The notes below the pieces were generated by a model that made no database searches, had not been told where the DNA came from, and saw only the letters and a list, made by a program, of their open reading frames with translations. A DNA stretch of 32,000 nucleotides from Promethearchaeota archaeon (lineage in GTDB: Archaea > Asgardarchaeota > Lokiarchaeia > Sigyniarchaeales > SOKP01), in the NCBI GenBank assembly GCA_030606485.1, contig JAUWGH010000005.1, forward strand, positions 90,001-122,000. The letters are read 5' to 3'. Position 1 is the stretch's first letter. Each line of letters opens with the position of its first letter. Position numbers and translations under genes: made by a program. Positions 1 through 8,833 of the stretch are shown one piece after another.

Positions 1-204
1 TCCATTAAAAAATCCTAAGGATTCTATACCTTGCTGTAATAATTCAACAAAAGATATAAGAATCATAACTCCAGCAGAAAAGCCCATGGAGATTGAAATA
101 TATTTTGGACCGGGTTCCTTAAAAAATAATGCGATTACACTACCAATTGTGGTTGATAAGCCAGCAACAGTTGTTAATATTAGAGCAAATATGAAATTTT
201 CCAC
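1..204 (-). CDS. zupT: ZIP family divalent metal transporter, N-terminal part (runs off the left edge)
   Basis: Not in the ORF track. Manual translation from GTG at 204 gives (M)ENFIFALILTTVAGLSTTIGSVIALFFKEPGPKYISISMGFSAGVMILISFVELL. The 'AGLSTxIG' and 'GFSAGVMIxISFVELL' motifs are typical of ZupT/GufA. Confidence 0.9.
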   Translation of the reverse strand, partial: MENFIFALILTTVAGLSTTIGSVIALFFKEPGPKYISISMGFSAGVMILISFVELLQQGIESLGFFNG

Positions 205-352
205 TTTACAAAAAAACTCGCTTTGATTATTTCAAATTAAAACCAATTAATTTTTAAAAATGAAAATATGAATTAAAACTAATTTAAATTAGTTAAATTT
301 TTTTGAGATGTAGATTTATTCCTAAACACATTCGTGCTATTATGTGCTGTTT

Positions 353-646
353 TTATTTTAGGTCCTCAGCTAAATCAAGAAATTCTGTGTATGGAATGGC
401 TGTCCAGCTTTCTGCGAAGGTAGCTCCCGCAGAACGGGAAAGTAACGAAACTTTTGCAGCTTCTTTTTCATTTTTCACTTCAAAAATATCAAGAAAGTCA
501 TAAGGACCTAATATGGCATAGTGTGCAATCCATTTAATATCTGGAACTTTTTCTCTAACTAGCTTTAACCACTTTTCACCCTGTTCTTTCCTTTTCTTAA
601 CTAGGTCAGGATGTTGAAGTTTGGTTGCAAGTATGTATATAGGCAT
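353..646 (-). CDS. GYD domain protein
   Basis: 97 aa. YAILGPYDFLDIFE and 'AAKVSL..SAG...ESWTAIP' match the GYD family pattern. Confidence 0.8.
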   Translation of the reverse strand: MPIYILATKLQHPDLVKKRKEQGEKWLKLVREKVPDIKWIAHYAILGPYDFLDIFEVKNEKEAAKVSLLSRSAGATFAESWTAIPYTEFLDLAEDLK

Positions 647-661
647 AATATATTTATGGGC

Positions 662-703
662 AAGATTACACTTTAAATCTTATGATTACATTTTAAACCT
701 TAC
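662..703. promoter_or_regulatory. Tandem 20-bp direct repeat, each unit an AAGATT-N8-AATCTT-type inverted repeat, overlapping the putative TATA box of the GYD gene
   Basis: 664-683 GATTACACTTTAAATCTTAT versus 684-703 GATTACATTTTAAACCTTAC (17/20 identical). AAGATT (662-667) and AATCTT (676-681) form a perfect inverted pair. TTTAAA lies 26-31 nt upstream of the ATG at 646. Confidence 0.5.
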
Positions 704-910
704 AAATAATTATCGTTATTCCTTTGATAAAGGTATTAAAATTATTGAATATGAGTTAAAAAATTAGGAAAATAGTTATCTAAAATATATCGCCTTAAAT
801 ATATTAAAAAAATTCACTTAAAAGAATTAATTTTTATTAAAATTAATTTTAAATAAAATTGATAATTAAAGTAAATAATTGCAAGAAAAATAAACTTCAG
901 AGAATAAGAA

Positions 911-1309
911 ATGGATAAAGAATTAGATGATATTCGTAAAAAGAAGGAAGAACTATTAAAAAAAATGCTTGAAATGCCAAATGACGTTTTACATCTTAAA
1001 AATTATCAAGAATTATCCAATGTGATAAACCAATATCCTAACAAAATTGTTATTATTGATTGTTCTGCTGTCTGGTGTGGTCCATGCAAATGGTTTTCCC
1101 CAATATTTGAACAACTTCAAAAAGAACTTAAAATGGATTTCATTTTTACGAAAGTTGATGTCGATGAGGCTCGAGATATTGCGATAAATTTTGGAATTCG
1201 AGCAGTTCCCACGACATTATTCATAAAGGCCGGAAATATAATTAAAAAAATTGAAGGTGCAATGAAGTACGAACAAATGAAACCTATTCTTTTACAATTA
1301 AAAGCATAA
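911..1309 (+). CDS. trxA: Thioredoxin with charged N-terminal extension
   Basis: WCGPC active site, FTKVDVDE, IRAVPT cis-Pro motif. Confidence 0.95.
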   Translation: MDKELDDIRKKKEELLKKMLEMPNDVLHLKNYQELSNVINQYPNKIVIIDCSAVWCGPCKWFSPIFEQLQKELKMDFIFTKVDVDEARDIAINFGIRAVPTTLFIKAGNIIKKIEGAMKYEQMKPILLQLKA

Positions 1310-1380
1310 ATCATTTTATATTGCTTTTCTTTTTCTTTCATTCTCAAATTTTTTAAAATTGATTTCTCTATTATTATCTA

Positions 1381-3870
1381 ATGAAAAATATCAATTCAAA
1401 GATGGATTTTGAAGATATTTTAGCCCTTGATAAAGTTATTGATTTAATTAAAGATTTTTCCGATAAAAATCCAATTAAGAAGTATAAAATTAATTTTAAG
1501 AAGATTAAAGAAAAGGTAAATGAATTAAAAAGTATAAAAGATAAAGATATTAAATCGAAATACAATTTATTTAAGACTATTTTAAGAAAATTAAAGTTAA
1601 TTATCAAGCGAGAATTCCATCCGGAGATATTTTTCATTATTGGAGGGCATGGGGGTGTAATAATCAATGATATTGGTTTTTGTGAATTTGACTCTCCTAA
1701 ATTTGCAATAAATCGCTTATTAGAAAAAATGGAACTTGCAATTAAAACCAATATGCCTTATCATATTGAAATTGCAATAAGTTGTTTGGAATGGTTGTAT
1801 AAAAAATATCCTGAAAAAATCTCGGAATTTTTAAGATTATTTAAACTTGGTAGGTTTGAAATAATTAATCCTACTTTTTCACAACCATACAGTTTAATCA
1901 TTGGTGCTGAATCGAATATTAAGCAATTCGAATACGGACTAAATTATTTAAAACAATTGGGATTAGATTGCACAATTTATTATTGTTCAGAAAGTTCGAT
2001 ACATCCTCAAATCCCTCAAATTTTAAAAGGATTTGAAATTGAATTTGGTTCCTTAAGGACTCGGCTTATTGGATTAAATCCCACTACCCCCTCTGGAAAT
2101 ATCGATTGGATAGGTTTAGATGATACAAAAATAAGTACAATCACAGAGCAATCTGGAGTCTTTAATGGAGAATATTGGCATGGAACATTCTTCAGAGAAA
2201 TTCCAAACCTCCTATTTCAATCTGTCTCGCGTCCTTTTATGAAATACATTGTGTATTCTTCTATTGAAGATTTTATAATGCCCCAACCTTATCAAGAAGA
2301 AATTTGGAGGCTTTCAAAATTTTTAGAAATCTTTGGAAAATTCATTACATGTTTTGAATTTTTTCAAAAATTTGAAAAGGATGGAGAGTTCAAATTCAGC
2401 CGGGATAATTTCGCATTAGCAGATAGTATCTTTGTTTCAAATAAACTATTCCTTAAAAATAAAAAATGTGAGATTAGTTTATTAACTGCTGAGATTTTAA
2501 ATTGCATTTTAGGGTTATTCAATGAGACATCAAATGATTCCTTTTTTGATGATTTGTGGAAGAAACTATTACTTACTCAAGCTCATGATAATTATGCAGT
2601 TCCATTCATACGATCAGGAGACTACTCTGCTCAACAATTGGGTCGTGAAGAATTACATAAATTAGAGATAAAAAATGATAAAATCTCAATTTCTGAATTA
2701 AGCTTCAAATTACAAAAAGAGATCCAAAATCAATGTAGAGATTATTCTAGTGAGGCTCTTTCTAAATTGGCAGAAAAATTGGGATCAAAAACTGAAGTTA
2801 TTAAAAACAATGATATCAATTTTCTAATATTCAACCCGACGGCAATTACGAGACGAGATGCCTTTTCAATTCAATTATCGTTAGAAGATCCTTCCAAAAT
2901 GACACTTATTGAAGATAATGAAGAAATTCCCTTTCAATATCACAATTCTACCTTGAAATTTATGGCTGAAGTCCCAGGAATAGGTTTCAAAATATATTCA
3001 CTAACCCAACAAAATGCTAAAATCTCTCAACCAAATACAGATTATTTTTATAAATTGAAAATTCTGGAAGATCTTAAGACAATTGAAATAAAATATAAGG
3101 ATAAAAATGTATGTGAATTAAAATTTCAATCAAAATTTGATTACAACCTATCAATAAAAAAGCATTATAAAGATAACATTGAAGAAAAATTCATATTGAA
3201 TGGAGAAATAAACGAAAAAACTTTCAAAATTGAAATTATTCAATATAACGGTGTAAATAGACTTGAATTCAATTTGGATTCTAATTCTTTAAGAGAAATA
3301 ATACTTATTCCCAAAATTGAGATTTCAAAATCTTTTATTAATTATCCATTTGGCATCGAAGAGACAAAAAGAACAAATATACAAACATTGGACTTTTTAT
3401 GGTTAAAAGGTAAAAATGAAGGAATAATTTTCATGCAAAAAAATAGTCAGAAATTCCATATTGACCGTTATAATTTCAAAATACGAAATTTCATAACTTC
3501 CAAAGGAAGATTTGAATTTGCTTTATCAATTACTAATGAAGATGAATTACATTCTACCTTAAACTATGCCAATTCCTTTCAATTTAAGTTATTCGGGATA
3601 CGACTTAATCATAATCATAAATTTGAAAAGAAATCTATGTCATTTCTTACAATAAACCAACCAGTTACACTCATTAACTTATGGAGACGAAAAAATAATT
3701 CCTATTTACGAGTATTTAATCCAAGTGATAAACAAAATAATATCCAATTTGAAGGAGCATTAATTAGAAATCAACTAAGAGAAATTAATTTTAATTACAA
3801 TGAAATAGGATCTAAAAAAAATCGAATAGATAAAGTTAATCCTTGGAAAATTCGAACTTTTAAAATTTAA
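1381..3870 (+). CDS. GH38 (alpha-mannosidase)-like protein with degenerate catalytic motifs
   Basis: Collinear with the intact GH38 at 28572: FEIINPTFSQP..GAESNIKQFEYG, PQIPQILK, LLLTQAHD, FLIFNP, EVPGIGFKIY, PFG, YLRVFN..NPWKIRTF. The HSHxD and D-x-FG motifs are replaced. Confidence 0.75.
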   Translation: MKNINSKMDFEDILALDKVIDLIKDFSDKNPIKKYKINFKKIKEKVNELKSIKDKDIKSKYNLFKTILRKLKLIIKREFHPEIFFIIGGHGGVIINDIGFCEFDSPKFAINRLLEKMELAIKTNMPYHIEIAISCLEWLYKKYPEKISEFLRLFKLGRFEIINPTFSQPYSLIIGAESNIKQFEYGLNYLKQLGLDCTIYYCSESSIHPQIPQILKGFEIEFGSLRTRLIGLNPTTPSGNIDWIGLDDTKISTITEQSGVFNGEYWHGTFFREIPNLLFQSVSRPFMKYIVYSSIEDFIMPQPYQEEIWRLSKFLEIFGKFITCFEFFQKFEKDGEFKFSRDNFALADSIFVSNKLFLKNKKCEISLLTAEILNCILGLFNETSNDSFFDDLWKKLLLTQAHDNYAVPFIRSGDYSAQQLGREELHKLEIKNDKISISELSFKLQKEIQNQCRDYSSEALSKLAEKLGSKTEVIKNNDINFLIFNPTAITRRDAFSIQLSLEDPSKMTLIEDNEEIPFQYHNSTLKFMAEVPGIGFKIYSLTQQNAKISQPNTDYFYKLKILEDLKTIEIKYKDKNVCELKFQSKFDYNLSIKKHYKDNIEEKFILNGEINEKTFKIEIIQYNGVNRLEFNLDSNSLREIILIPKIEISKSFINYPFGIEETKRTNIQTLDFLWLKGKNEGIIFMQKNSQKFHIDRYNFKIRNFITSKGRFEFALSITNEDELHSTLNYANSFQFKLFGIRLNHNHKFEKKSMSFLTINQPVTLINLWRRKNNSYLRVFNPSDKQNNIQFEGALIRNQLREINFNYNEIGSKKNRIDKVNPWKIRTFKI

Positions 3871-3952
3871 ACCTTATTCATTATTACAATATTTATTTAA
3901 GATATTAACTAATATAATTTAATTAAATTCCAAAAGAATGCATTGAAAAGAA

Positions 3953-4723
3953 ATGAAAGAAAAAATTCAAAAATTTGCTGAATTAATACTTGAATCTGAA
4001 AATATAGTAGCGCTTACTGGAGCGGGGATGTCCACAGAAAGCGGTATTCCAGATTTTCGCAGTCCCGGCACAGGATTATGGGAGCGAATGGATCCTTCAT
4101 TTGCAGATATATCAACTTTTACGCGAAATCCCACAGAATTCTACCAAAAAATGTTAGAAATGGGTCTTAATATGATTAAAGCCAAACCAAATGCAGGCCA
4201 TAAAAGCCTGACAAAATTTCAAAAAATGGGAAAATTAAATGGAATAATGACCCAGAATATAGATGGCCTACACAAAAGAGCTCATACTAAAAATGTAATC
4301 GAATTACACGGTAATATAAATGAAGCAAAATGCATGGGGAAATGTGGAAAAATACATCCTATAACAACTCTTGTTAATCAATTACTGCATTCTGATGCAA
4401 AATCAACAAAATGTCCTGATTGTGGTGGTGTTTTAAAGCCAAATGCAGTCTTTTTTGGAGAACAATTACCTGCGGAAGCGCTTGAAAGAGCCGATAAACT
4501 TATCGCAAACTGTGACTTAATGATGATTTTGGGCACAAGTCTTTTAGTATCACCAGCAAATTTTTTGCCATATAAAGCTTTAAACGTTGATGCCAAATTA
4601 GGTATAATAAATAGAGAAAAAACAAATATTGACCATCAATGTCTCGTAGTCATACATGGAAGCATCGCAGAAATTCTTCCAAAAATAGTTGAAATTGTCG
4701 AAATTGAATATAATAAAAAATAA
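3953..4723 (+). CDS. cobB: Sir2-family NAD-dependent protein deacylase
   Basis: GAGMSTESGIPDFRS, TQNIDGLH, ELHG, Zn-ribbon CxxxC...CPDC, VFFGE, GTSLLVSPA. Confidence 0.95.
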   Translation: MKEKIQKFAELILESENIVALTGAGMSTESGIPDFRSPGTGLWERMDPSFADISTFTRNPTEFYQKMLEMGLNMIKAKPNAGHKSLTKFQKMGKLNGIMTQNIDGLHKRAHTKNVIELHGNINEAKCMGKCGKIHPITTLVNQLLHSDAKSTKCPDCGGVLKPNAVFFGEQLPAEALERADKLIANCDLMMILGTSLLVSPANFLPYKALNVDAKLGIINREKTNIDHQCLVVIHGSIAEILPKIVEIVEIEYNKK

Positions 4724-4743
4724 ACTACAAAATAAATCAATAT

Positions 4744-5874
4744 TTGAATTTAAAACCTAAATCAATAATGGAACCTTTCCAACTTTTAATTAAACCAGTT
4801 TCTTTTGATTGTAATCTAAGATGTAAGTACTGCTTTTATTTGAGAGTGGCTGATTTATATTCAAATAATGCACGCCCTCGTATGGATTATAAAGTTCTCG
4901 AAAGAATAATATCAAAATTCTTGCAATATCGTTTTAATGAATCTGTTTTCAATTGGCAAGGTGGGGAACCTACTTTAATTGGGCTCAATTTCTATAAAAA
5001 AGTTGTAGAATTCCAACAACAGTATGGTATGTCTGGACAAGCAATTGGAAATGCTCTTCAAACTAATGGAATTCTTATTAACGATGATTGGGGAAAATTT
5101 TTTAATGAATATCACTTTTTGATTGGTTTAAGTCTTGATGGACCCAAGCAAATCCATGATCGTTATAGAAAAAGTATTGGCGGTAAGTCAATTTGGGAAA
5201 AAGTAATGAAAGCCACTGAATGCTTAAAGAAAAATAATGTAGAATTCAATATATTATGCGTAATAAGTAAAGCAAATATTAATCGAGTTAAAGAGATTTA
5301 CAATTTCTTTATAAATAACGGTTTTTTTTATTTACAATTTATTCCCGCTCTTGAAGCAGATGAAACTGGTAAGAAAGCATCTTATTGCATTAATGCATCC
5401 CAGTATGGCAAATTTTTATGTGACCTCTATGATGAGTGGATAAATTCTAATCGACAAGCATCAATAAGAACTTTCGATGCAACCTTAGCTGGTCATTTAG
5501 GATATCCAATAGGATACTGCGCTCTCGAAGAAAAATGTGCAAATTATATAGTTGTAGAATGGAACGGAGATATTTATCCATGTGATTTCTTCGTCTATGA
5601 AAAATACAAATTAGGGAATATTTTACATAATAATTTTACGGAATTAATTGAAAAACGAAATACTATATTTGCTTTTCAAAAAGAACAGCTTCCTCAAGAT
5701 TGCTCGGAATGTGAATGGAAAAAATTGTGTTTCGGTGGATGTCTCAAAGATAGATTTTTCCCGGATAATCCACATCCAGAGAAAACATACTTTTGTGAAG
5801 GATATACAAAATTTTTTTCTTACACTAATAAATATTTCGAAGCACAAGCAAATAATTTAAAAAAAAGAATTTAA
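4744..5874 (+). CDS. Anaerobic sulfatase maturase (radical SAM/SPASM, AtsB/AslB family)
   Basis: IKPVSFDCNLRCKYCFY (CxxxCxxC), WQGGEPTL, NALQTNG, and the SPASM cysteines C-x5-C, YPCD, CSECEWKKLCFGGC, YFC. Start is TTG 4744 or the ATG about 8 codons later. Confidence 0.9.
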   Translation: MNLKPKSIMEPFQLLIKPVSFDCNLRCKYCFYLRVADLYSNNARPRMDYKVLERIISKFLQYRFNESVFNWQGGEPTLIGLNFYKKVVEFQQQYGMSGQAIGNALQTNGILINDDWGKFFNEYHFLIGLSLDGPKQIHDRYRKSIGGKSIWEKVMKATECLKKNNVEFNILCVISKANINRVKEIYNFFINNGFFYLQFIPALEADETGKKASYCINASQYGKFLCDLYDEWINSNRQASIRTFDATLAGHLGYPIGYCALEEKCANYIVVEWNGDIYPCDFFVYEKYKLGNILHNNFTELIEKRNTIFAFQKEQLPQDCSECEWKKLCFGGCLKDRFFPDNPHPEKTYFCEGYTKFFSYTNKYFEAQANNLKKRI

Positions 5875-5963
5875 TTCTATTATTATTTAATTATGAAATA
5901 ACACTTTCATCACGAACTTTTATACGAGGCTATCAATTATTACTTCTAATCCGAGTTCCTATA

Positions 5964-6535
5964 ATGAAAAAAAATCAAAAATATCAATTAAACAAAGAAT
6001 AAAAACAGCATTCAATTCAGCAAAACCACTTTTATTAAGACACCATCCATTATGTGAAAAATTTGAAGGACATACGTTTAGAATTAAAGGAATTGATTTC
6101 TGCATTGGATGCTTTATTGGATACCCAACTGCAATAATTACGATTATTTCCTTACCATTTACAGGATTATTCAATATTTTCACACACACCGATTTGTTAA
6201 TAATTTCAATTATTTTATTATCCAGTTTTTTGCTCAGTCTATTTGGCTTAACAAAAAGAAAATCCATTAAAATTATATCTAAGATTTCAATCGGACTTGG
6301 AGCAGGTTTTCTTTTTTGGAGTATATTTAACTCACCAAATCCATATAGCGTCAATTTTATAATATTTGGAATTACTTTTATCATAATACTATCCATATTA
6401 AATGCGTACCATGGATACGGAACATACAGAATATGTAAAAAATGTGAATATAAAGCTGATTGGAATAATTGCCCTGGTATGAGTTTCTTTAATAAACAAG
6501 GTAATTTTAAAAAGAAAAATATTGAGGAAAAATGA
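5964..6535 (+). pseudogene. DUF2085-like membrane protein with a 1-nt frameshift in an A8 run just after the ATG (true frameshift or sequencing error)
   Basis: ATG 5964 followed by A8 reaches TAA after 12 codons. The shifted frame (that of track ORF 6194-6535) is open from 5897 without a start codon and reads SKISIKQRIKTAFNSAKPLLLRHHPLCEKFEGHTFRIKGIDFCIGCFIGYP. One extra A restores a 190-aa ORF. Confidence 0.65.
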
Positions 6536-6546
6536 AAAAAAAGAAT

Positions 6547-6900
6547 TTATATTTTAGTTCCACAGTTAGGACAATAAATTACTTCAGATGATAATTCAGC
6601 TCCGCATAGAGGACAAAATTTATACTCCCATTTAGAAGGAATATCAGCCGTATTTGAGGGGGGTGTTATAATGATTGTTTGTGTTACTGGTTGAGTAGTT
6701 GGAGCAATTACTTCTGGTTGAGCTGGTGAAAAAGAAGAACTCCCACAAAATGGACAGACAGAAGATTGTAAGACATAATAAATTAAATAAAGAATCCATA
6801 AACACCCAGTACAACATAATAGAAGGAGAAAGGTCCCAACATTGAAATCTGGGGACTTAGGTACCACATTTCTTTTACACATATTACAGTATCTTGCCAA
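6547..6900 (-). CDS. LITAF-like zinc-ribbon membrane protein with C-terminal double zinc ribbon
   Basis: CNMC - hydrophobic segment (FLLLLCCTGCLWILYLIYYVL) - CPFC, then a P/T-rich linker and CPLC...CPNC. Confidence 0.7.
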   Translation of the reverse strand: MARYCNMCKRNVVPKSPDFNVGTFLLLLCCTGCLWILYLIYYVLQSSVCPFCGSSSFSPAQPEVIAPTTQPVTQTIIITPPSNTADIPSKWEYKFCPLCGAELSSEVIYCPNCGTKI

Positions 6901-7074
6901 TTTTCACGCCCTTAAAATCATTTATTTGACAATTAATATAGTAAAAAATAAGTTTTTATACTTATATATTGGTTCGAAATAAACAAATTTTGAAAATTAA
7001 AAAATTATACTAATGCCTATCATGCTCTCTATTTAGACAGAAAGTATTTTAATTTCAAAAAATTATGAATATTT

Positions 7075-7758
7075 ATGCTAATTGGAGACATTGAGATAAA
7101 CCCTACAAAAATAATATGCTTGGGTTTAAATTATAAAGATCACATCGAAGAAACGAGACCTGGACAAGCCCTACCAACTGAACCCGTATTATTCACAAAA
7201 TCTCTAAATTGCCTAATCCAAAATAAGGAACCAATTGTATATCCTAAAATGTTATATGAAAATCGAAAATATAATCGTGTGGATTATGAAGTAGAACTAG
7301 CTTTTATAATAAAAGATAAATGTAAAAATGTTTCTATTGAAGATGCATATGACTATATCTTAGGATACACAATATTTAATGATGTAACCGCCCGTAAAAT
7401 GCAAATAAAGGACATTACTTCTAAACAACCATGGTTTCGCTCAAAAAGTATTGATACATTTGGACCAATAGGCCCTAGAATTGTTGATACAAATACAATT
7501 TCAGATCCCCAAAACTTGAAAATTGAATTAAAACTAAATGGAGAAATAAAACAATCATCAAACACTAAAAACCTTCTATTCAATGTTCCAGAAATCTTAC
7601 ATTATATAAGTAGGTTTTTTACAATGGAACCAGGCGATATAATTGCAACCGGTACTCCAAGCGGAATAAGTCCCATTAAACCCGGAGACCTAATTGAAGC
7701 AACAATCGAAAAAATTGGCACGTTATCAAACCCTGTAATATTAGAAGGTGAAAAATAA
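7075..7758 (+). CDS. Fumarylacetoacetate hydrolase family protein
   Basis: IICLGLNYKDH, FTK, DYEVELAFII, NDVTAR, KSIDTFGPIGP, GDIIATGTPSG. Confidence 0.93.
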   Translation: MLIGDIEINPTKIICLGLNYKDHIEETRPGQALPTEPVLFTKSLNCLIQNKEPIVYPKMLYENRKYNRVDYEVELAFIIKDKCKNVSIEDAYDYILGYTIFNDVTARKMQIKDITSKQPWFRSKSIDTFGPIGPRIVDTNTISDPQNLKIELKLNGEIKQSSNTKNLLFNVPEILHYISRFFTMEPGDIIATGTPSGISPIKPGDLIEATIEKIGTLSNPVILEGEK

Positions 7759-7807
7759 GAATTAATTACTATAAAAAAATAGAATTTAAAAAATTTTAAA
7801 ATTTATC

Positions 7808-8581
7808 TTACTGATTTTTCTTTTCTTCTTTTTCTTTTTCTCTTTCTTCTCTCTCGGATTCTTCCTTGCCTTCAAGTCGAAGAACATCGATGATCTTTAT
7901 GATTTCTGCTGCTTGTTTATATCTCTCTTCTCTAAATTTATCCTTATTCAATCTCTTATCGAAATTAATTGGAGTACCAATCTTTATTTTCAGCCGAGTA
8001 CTAGGAATAATGTTAAATAGGGTCTTTTGTTCGGTGTATATTGCAATTGGAATAATTGGTGCGTCAGCAGCAACTGCAAACTTTATAATAGCTGCCATTG
8101 ACTTGAGTTGCACTTCGTCAGTTAATTTTGCCTCAGGCGTCATCGCTACAAGATCACCCTTTTTGTTTAAATAATCAAAAACCTTTTCTACTGGCTCTAT
8201 ATCTTCTTTGCTCTCTGTACTTCGAAACATTCCTAACATCTTTAAAACTGGCCCAGCAACAGGATTTTTTATGAGTTTTGGGTGTAACATAAAATGTATC
8301 TTTCTCCCAGACACTTGACTTATAATTAGCATATCAAGCATTACATTTTTACTAATTGTTGTAAGAATTGCTTTCCCGAACAACGGAATATTCTCATTCC
8401 CGTCAATGGCTAAATCGTTAAATAACATTAACGCAGAACCACCAATATATTTTAAGGCCCCATAAAGTAAATCACCCGCCACCGCCTTCATATTCACTTT
8501 CTCTGGCTCCTTTTCTTCTTCAAGAGAAACCGATTTATTAGCTATGGTAATTTCCGATTTTTTATCAATATTTGATTCCAT
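7808..8581 (-). CDS. PlsC/lysophospholipid acyltransferase-like protein lacking the catalytic His
   Basis: Fold motifs are present (IDGNENIP..G, KIHFM..PKL, LGMF, AMTPEA, APIIPIAI, IKIGTPI). The HxxxxD motif reads KNVMLD. Confidence 0.75.
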   Translation of the reverse strand: MESNIDKKSEITIANKSVSLEEEKEPEKVNMKAVAGDLLYGALKYIGGSALMLFNDLAIDGNENIPLFGKAILTTISKNVMLDMLIISQVSGRKIHFMLHPKLIKNPVAGPVLKMLGMFRSTESKEDIEPVEKVFDYLNKKGDLVAMTPEAKLTDEVQLKSMAAIIKFAVAADAPIIPIAIYTEQKTLFNIIPSTRLKIKIGTPINFDKRLNKDKFREERYKQAAEIIKIIDVLRLEGKEESEREEREKEKEEKKNQ

Positions 8582-8636
8582 ATTTCTTTACCTCTTTTTA
8601 TAATTTTTTTCTAATCTAAAAGCCTTTTTTCATCCT

Positions 8637-8831
8637 TTAAAGTTTGTATATAAGTTCATTTAATTCGTTCATACGTTTCTCGTAGAAGGCTTTTATATCT
8701 TTCTCGGATACAAAATTTGGTATCATTGTTTCCGTAAAATAATCAAATAAAGTCGATAATTTTGTCTTATGCTTTAAGGTATCTAAATATTCCTTTCCCA
8801 TATTAAATAATTGTTCAATAAATTTAGACAT
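8637..8831 (-). CDS. Hypothetical 64-aa protein
   Basis: ATG at 8831 lies 2 nt after the TAG of the activase gene, a more plausible start than the track's 8870. Sequence MSKFIEQLFNMGKEYLDTL..., amphipathic helical character. Confidence 0.6.
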   Translation of the reverse strand: MSKFIEQLFNMGKEYLDTLKHKTKLSTLFDYFTETMIPNFVSEKDIKAFYEKRMNELNELIYKL

Positions 8832-8833
8832 CT

